DNA of 64,000 nt from assembly GCA_963703225.1 (NCBI GenBank), contig OY969801.1, forward strand, positions 1,568,001-1,632,000, in the 5' to 3' direction. Made by a program: the position numbers and the translations under genes. The DNA is from Candidatus Eiseniibacteriota bacterium (GTDB taxonomy: Bacteria; Eisenbacteria; RBG-16-71-46; SZUA-252). Position 1 is the first letter of the stretch; every line of letters starts with the position of its first letter. A model generated the notes under the pieces. The model ran no database searches. It was given only the letters and a program-made list of their open reading frames with translations, and was not told the origin of the DNA. Positions 62,193-64,000 of the stretch are shown here, piece after piece.

Positions 62193-62420
62193 TGCGGTTC
62201 GGAAAGCCCCCCCGCCTCGGAACTTTTCGCCCATTCCAGCGTCTAAGTGATTAATCACAGGGTGTGAAGTTCCCTGTAATTCACGTTTCCTAAGTGGCTT
62301 GACCCGGCGTTCGCCGGTGGGTTTCACACGGCCTCAACAAGTTATTTAGGTACGGTCTGCACGGGGAACTTCCATAATCTTCGGGTGACGCGACTTAGGT
62401 CGGGTCACCCGATTTCGTTT
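62193..62420 (+). ncRNA. Candidate structured small RNA (unassigned family)
   Basis: Promoter upstream, nested 12-bp and 13-bp helices with G:U pairs valid only on + strand, terminator at end, no credible ORF. Confidence 0.55.
62381..62420 (+). terminator. Intrinsic terminator
   Basis: TCGGGTGAC-GCGAC-TTAG-GTCG-G-GTCACCCGA followed by TTTCGTTT. Confidence 0.7.
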
Positions 62421-62474
62421 GCCCCGCCGACGCCCCCACCACCGTCCCCGCCGCAGCCCCCGCGGTGACCCCGA

Positions 62475-64000
62475 TCACGTCGGCAGGCCCTTCACCGCCA
62501 CGATCGTGAGGTCGTCGTCCTGATCCCCTGCCCGGTAGGCCCGGACGGTCTCCCAGATGCCCCGGACGGCGGTCGCGGCCGTCTCCCCCTTCCGGGCCCG
62601 GATCACGTCCCGGAGCCGCTCTTCGCCAAATAGCTCCCCGGAGCTGTTCATGGCCTCGGTGACCCCATCGGTGTAGAGGACCAGGAGGTCTCCGGAAGCG
62701 ATCTCCACCTGTCGCTCCTTGAAGGTCGCCGCCTCGAACGTCCCGAGAAGCGGGCCGGTCGCGTCCAGGGTATCAAACCGGTCGGCCGCGCCCCGGTAGA
62801 GCATGGCGGGGTTGTGCCCGGCGTTCACGTAAGTGAACTGGCGATTCTGGATGTCGAGCACGCCGTAGATCGCGGTCACGAACCGGTCGGGCTCTACGCT
62901 CTCCCAGAGGAGCTTGTTCACCTTCGCGAGCACGGTGCGGATGGCGTAGTTGTTCCGGATCTCGGCGATCAACGACGCTCGGAACGAGGCCATGATCAGC
63001 GCCGCGGCGATCCCCTTGCCCGAGACGTCCCCGATCACGATGCCCAGGTGCTGATCGGCGATCCGGATGTAGTCGTAGTAGTCGCCCCCGACGAGGTCCG
63101 AGGAGTAGTTGGCCCCGGCGATGTCGAAGTGCGGGACCTCGGGATTTCGATCGGGGAGAAACGTCCGCTGGATCCGCTGGCCGATGACCACCTCGCCTTC
63201 GAGGCGCCGTTTCTCGAGCACCTCCTCGTGGAGGCGGGTGCGCTCGATCGCGACCGCGGCCTGCGCCGCGAACGCGGTCAAGAGCTCCATGTCCTCCTCT
63301 TCGTAGGCGTCGGTCTCGTCCGACTCCAGATTGAACGCGCCGATCACCTCGGAGCCGATCCGGATCGGCGCGACCATCTCGCTTCGGGTCTGGTCCCGCG
63401 CGTTCATGTAGCGGGGATCGTTCATGACGTCGGAGACGATCACCCCCTGGCCCGTCTTCACGCACCAGCCGATCAGGCCCTTCCCCACTTTGAGCCGCAC
63501 CGCGTCGTCGCGGACCGGATCGTAGCCCCGGATCGTCTGGCGCGTGATCCATTGGGTCTGCTTGTCGACGAGGTAGATCCCCGCGGCGTCGTAGCGGACG
63601 ACCTGAAAGACGAGGTCGAGGATCTGCTCGAGGAGCCGCTCGGTCTCGAGGCTCGCGGAGATCTGGGTCCCCAGCTCGAGCAAGAGCTGGTTCTGCACCT
63701 TCTCCCGGGTGGCCTCGGCGTAGACCCGCGCGTTTCCGAGCGCGATGGCGAGCTGGATCGCCAGGTCTCCGAAGAACTGAATCTCCTCGTCGGGCGGCGG
63801 TTCCCGGTCGAGCTTGTGGAGGACCGCGACGCCCAGCGGTTCCCCCCCGCGCCTCAAGGGAAGCGTGAGAATTCCGCGCAATAGTGAGAGCGGCCGCCCA
63901 CCCCATTCGTCGGCGGCGTAGAGCGATTCGGGAAGCTCGGCGTAGTAGTGGGGAGCCTCCTCCGCCGATGCATGGCCCGCCAGCCCCTGGCCGATGCGGA
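62475..64000 (-). CDS. GAF-domain PP2C/SpoIIE-family Ser phosphatase (RsbU-like), partial; runs off window end
   Basis: GAF repeats (GQGLAG, GKGLIG); VGGDYYD, GDVSGKG, NAGH, YTDGVTEA, DDLT. Confidence 0.92.
   Translation of the reverse strand, partial: RIGQGLAGHASAEEAPHYYAELPESLYAADEWGGRPLSLLRGILTLPLRRGGEPLGVAVLHKLDREPPPDEEIQFFGDLAIQLAIALGNARVYAEATREKVQNQLLLELGTQISASLETERLLEQILDLVFQVVRYDAAGIYLVDKQTQWITRQTIRGYDPVRDDAVRLKVGKGLIGWCVKTGQGVIVSDVMNDPRYMNARDQTRSEMVAPIRIGSEVIGAFNLESDETDAYEEEDMELLTAFAAQAAVAIERTRLHEEVLEKRRLEGEVVIGQRIQRTFLPDRNPEVPHFDIAGANYSSDLVGGDYYDYIRIADQHLGIVIGDVSGKGIAAALIMASFRASLIAEIRNNYAIRTVLAKVNKLLWESVEPDRFVTAIYGVLDIQNRQFTYVNAGHNPAMLYRGAADRFDTLDATGPLLGTFEAATFKERQVEIASGDLLVLYTDGVTEAMNSSGELFGEERLRDVIRARKGETAATAVRGIWETVRAYRAGDQDDDLTIVAVKGLPT

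Noticed and set aside
62094..62327. 77-aa minus-strand ORF upstream of tRNA-Leu
   Set aside because: No RBS, atypical codon usage, and it overlaps promoter elements on both strands.
62193..62420. Naming the structured RNA as 6S, SRP, tmRNA or a retron msr-msd
   Set aside because: It has no SRP GNRA/AGCAG motif, no tmRNA ends, no adjacent RT, and the rod is shorter than a typical 6S. Left unassigned.

Overview
High-GC bacterial chromosome segment. A FlgD-Ig/T9SS-like C-terminal sorting domain and the gene content suggest an FCB-associated candidate lineage such as Ca. Eisenbacteria (inference). Bases ~6-50 kb are mostly core housekeeping genes on the minus strand: rpoS-like sigma, pcm, surE, gpsA, plsY, der, miaA, mutL, mutS, lapAB, rpsA, ispH, a cmk-plsC fusion, aroA, hisC, rluB, scpAB, trpS and pruA. 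The window holds five tRNAs: Pro-CGG, Pro-GGG, Gly-CCC, Ala-GGC and Leu-CAA. Several essential genes carry single-base frameshifts, most likely long-read indel errors. The left end has sugar-modification genes and an ApbE/DUF3570/DUF4266/TlpA flavinylation module. The right end (52-62.4 kb) is accessory-like and carries the most interesting signals. (1) An A1-type heme-copper oxidase operon has all metal ligands and the cross-linked Tyr intact, but four K-proton-channel residues are replaced (subunit II E101>Q; subunit I S299>A, T359>V, K362>T, R. sphaeroides numbering). It is followed by a CxxC peptide and an internally duplicated His-bearing DoxX-like protein. (2) A 36-bp exact copy of part of tRNA-Leu brackets an Ig-repeat adhesin islet and supplies the stop codon of the neighbouring gene. 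(3) An unannotated, ~230-nt structured RNA candidate lies between a promoter and a terminator, divergent from tRNA-Leu. No CRISPR array, integrase or transposase was seen.
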